Positions 61,003 through 64,000 of a stretch of DNA of 64,000 nt are shown piece by piece (the stretch's first letter is position 1; each line of letters opens with the position of its first letter). The stretch comes from Octopus bimaculoides (lineage: Eukaryota), in NCBI RefSeq assembly GCF_001194135.2, contig NC_069005.1, positions 20,762,855 to 20,826,854 of the forward strand. The letters are read 5' to 3'. The notes under the pieces are model-generated. The model made no database searches, had not been told where the DNA came from, and was given only the letters and a program-made list of their open reading frames with translations. Made by a program: the position numbers and the translations under genes.

Positions 61003-61371
61003 TAATGATAATCCTTTCTCTTGAAGGCACAAGGCCTGAAGTTTTGGGAGAACAGACTAGTTGATTACATTGACCACAGAACTCAACTGGTACTTAACTT
61101 ATTGGCCCTGAAAGGATGAAAGCCAAAGTCAACCTTGGTGGAATTTGAACTCAGAATATAGCGATGGGTGAAATACTGCTAAGCATTTTGCCCAGCATGC
61201 TAATTACTCTGCCAGCTTGTCACCATAATAATAATTAACAATAATAATAATAATAATAATAATGATCCTTTCTGCTATAGGCACAAGACCTGAAATTTGG
61301 CGGGAGGGGACTAGTCGATTACATCAACCCCAGTGTTTCACTGGTACTTATTTCATTGACCCCGAAAGGAT
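60253..61371 (-). mobile_element. Five head-to-tail SINE B copies separated by (TAA)n
   Basis: Copies at ~60253-60470, 60515-60728, 60751-60962, 61012-61224, 61265-61371 (truncated). Confidence 0.9.
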
Positions 61372-62850
61372 CATAATAATAAGGGGGCATAAAAAAAGTG
61401 TGGGGTGATACCACTGAAGTCAGGTAGAATTGATAAGACAGAAGGAATTATATTACCAGATGGGTAAATTATGGAGTAAATTGATGACGACAGGTATAAG
61501 TAATTAGGCATCCTAGAAACAGACTGAATGAAAGAGAAGAAAGTGAAAGAGCTGTTATCAAAGGAATATAAATAGGAACTGAAATTGGTGTTAAAGACAA
61601 AGTTAAGTGGTAGGAATAAGATACTGGCTGTCAACACATGGGCCATTGAAGCTCTAAGGTAGAGTGCTGGTGTGATAGAGTGGAGAAGTGATGAACTTAA
61701 GGAGCTTGATAGAAGATCAGGAAAATGATGAAATTATAAGGGGCCCTACACCTCCAAAGTAACATTGACAGAGTGTCTTTATTGTAACAGAAAGGAGGAA
61801 GAGGTTTCATTAGCTGTGATAGTCTGAGGAAAATAATTTGGCAGGATATTTAAAGAATTCAAAAGAGAGATTGATGGCAGGAGTAAGAAAGATAAAAGTC
61901 CTAAGCAGTAATGAAACAAAGGAAAAGGGAGAATTTAAACAAAACAAAAGGAATCATACCTTGAATAGACAGAGAGGGAAAAAAATGTATGGTCAAATTT
62001 TGCCTGAAACAGTTGACGTAGATAGGATCTGGGAATGGACTAGGAAAAGCAACTTGAAAGTCAAAACTGAAGCCCTTGTCTATGCAGTCCAAGAACAGGC
62101 ACTGAGGATGAACTATGTCAAGTTCAATATTGACAAGTCAGTGATTTTCCCACTTTGTAAGTTGTGTGGTGAAAAAGGTGAAACAACAAACCACATTATC
62201 AGGGAATGTAAGATGCTTGCACAGAAAGAGTACAAGAGAAGGCACGACAACATTACCAGATTGGTTCACTGGAAGCTTTGTCATAAGTATGACACGAGCA
62301 GAAGTGAGAAATGGTATGAGCACCAACTGGAAAGGGTTGCTGAAAATGAACAATATAAGATCTTGTGAGATATGACCATCCAGTGTGACCGTCTTATTGT
62401 GGGTAGAAAACCTGACATTGTTGTCGCTGAAAAGATGAAGAACAACAAAGCAATTATTGTGGATACTGCTTCACCATGGGACACAGGGTGAATGAGAAGG
62501 AAAGTGAGAAAATTGAGAAATATCAGGAAGGAAATTAGGAAACTAGGGAGAATCAGGCACTTAAAAGTGGCATCAATTGTGGTTGGCACACTGGGAGCAG
62601 TTAGTAAAAGATTGGATATATGGCTAGAGATGCTAGGAAATACCATCAGGACAAGACTGTTGCAGAAAACAACCTTGTTAGGAACAGCAAGGATTCTAAG
62701 GAAGGTGTTAGAAAGGTGAAGGAGAAGGAATGAACCAAAGGACCTTCGGCCATTGGATATGACTTGCTCTTTTGGTATAGTGTTGGTATAACATGTCAGA
62801 GTAAAAGGGTCATGAATGATGATAATAATAATAATAATAATAATAATACT
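61372..62850 (+). mobile_element. R4/Dong-type non-LTR retrotransposon, 5'-truncated and decayed
   Basis: YK*LGILETD RT end; CKLCGEKGETTNHIIREC zinc knuckle; RHDN; PDIVV…IIVD RLE motif; LLQKTTLLGTARILRKVL*; (TAA)n tail. Confidence 0.88.
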
Positions 62851-62852
62851 GA

Positions 62853-63064
62853 TGGTTTCAATTTTTGGCACAAGGCCTGCAAGTTTGGGGAGGGGATAAG
62901 TTGATTACATCAATCCCAGTGCTCAACTGGTACTTATTTTATCGACTCCAAAATGATGAAAGGTAAAGTCAACCTCGGCAGAATATATGTAAAAATGTAA
63001 AGCTGGACAAAATGCCATTAAGCATTTTGCCCAGCATGCTAATGATTCTGTCAGCTAACCACCT
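62853..63064 (-). mobile_element. SINE family B (further copies ~63555-63780 + and ~63790-63940 -)
   Basis: GAAAGGTAAAGTCAACCTCGGCAGAAT core. Confidence 0.82.
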
Positions 63065-63099
63065 TAATAATAATAACAACCATTACAATGCAGTAGAAG

Positions 63100-63530
63100 A
63101 CAGTGGCTTTCATGGCTTCTGATTGGAAGTGTTAACATGTACATATTTTGTCTTGGTATAAAGGATGGGTTACAGCAAATATTCTGCTCAATTCCACAGA
63201 TTTGCTTGTCAGTTGTTTGATATTAACCAGTTGAGCATGTCCCTTAGTGGCTCCTGATCATGAGCAGAAGTAATGGGGGGGGGAGCATCATAGCCATGTG
63301 TTGAGAGGAATTCTGTGGGGTTTGAATACTTCATCTCTGGAAACATGGGTGTTTTGCTCGTCATCGTCAAACAACCCTTATCCAGGGACCTTTTGAATGG
63401 AATGAGCTACTTTATCTGAAGAAAATTCTAACAGTGCCTTACCTGCAAGGTCATATGGGTATATTGGGCTTCATATATTTGTACCCCAGCATCACTTAGA
63501 TAGCATCCGCTGCTCACTCACACAATAATA
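63100..63530 (-). mobile_element. LINE-like 3' fragment
   Basis: Homologous to 12230-12450; decayed ORF-like sequence on -. Confidence 0.6.
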
Positions 63531-64000
63531 ATAATTGTTTCTAATTTAGATAGAAAAATATAGCAGCAAGCTAGCAGAATTATTACCATGCCAAACAAAA
63601 TGCTTAGCAGCATTTTGTTTGTCTTTGCTTTCTGAATTCAAATGCCTTCAGGTCGACTTTGCTTTCATCCTTTCGGGGTTCAATAAAATAAGTACCAGTT
63701 GAAAATTGGAGTCAATGTAATTGACTTAAACACCACCACACACAAAATTGCTGGTCTTGTGCCAAAATTTGAAACCAATTTAGATAGAAAACCTGAAATT
63801 TTGAAGAGAGGAAGCTAGTTAATGAAATCAACCCTGGTGCTTGACTGGTTCTTTAGTTTATCAAACTTGGAGTGATGAAAGGCAAAATTAACCTCAGTGG
63901 ATTTTGAACCCAGAACGTGAAGGTTTGGTGCTCTAGCGATTCTGCCAATCCATCCATCACTTTTTGATTTTCAACCTTTCAGCGGTTGAGTAAGACAAAC

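Overview
AT-rich, microsatellite-dense eukaryotic genomic DNA from a short-read assembly; the larger N-gaps mostly abut (TA)n tracts. The repeat families look like octopus (cephalopod mollusc), which is an inference from recalled SINE sequences. The one host gene I can build is a minus-strand TMEM134 homologue with 7 coding exons from 54228 to 5780. Its splice phases close into an 804-nt ORF (267 aa, or 227 aa from the second Met). The rest is intronic or intergenic and full of decayed mobile DNA: three tRNA-type SINE families, a (GAT)n-tailed element that shares its 3' end with an RTE LINE, RTE, CR1, R4/Dong-type and Penelope fragments, mariner and hAT remnants, and Tc1-, pogo-, hAT- and piggyBac-type MITEs. 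Almost all ORFs in the supplied track are microsatellite or gap artefacts. I found no clearly new system. The best leads are a triplicated, partly tandem ~100-bp module in intron 1 with coding-like conservation, several unexplained long hairpins, TAA-targeted SINE/Dong stacks, a foldback-containing minisatellite, and a uORF-rich leader with a stop/start overlap.
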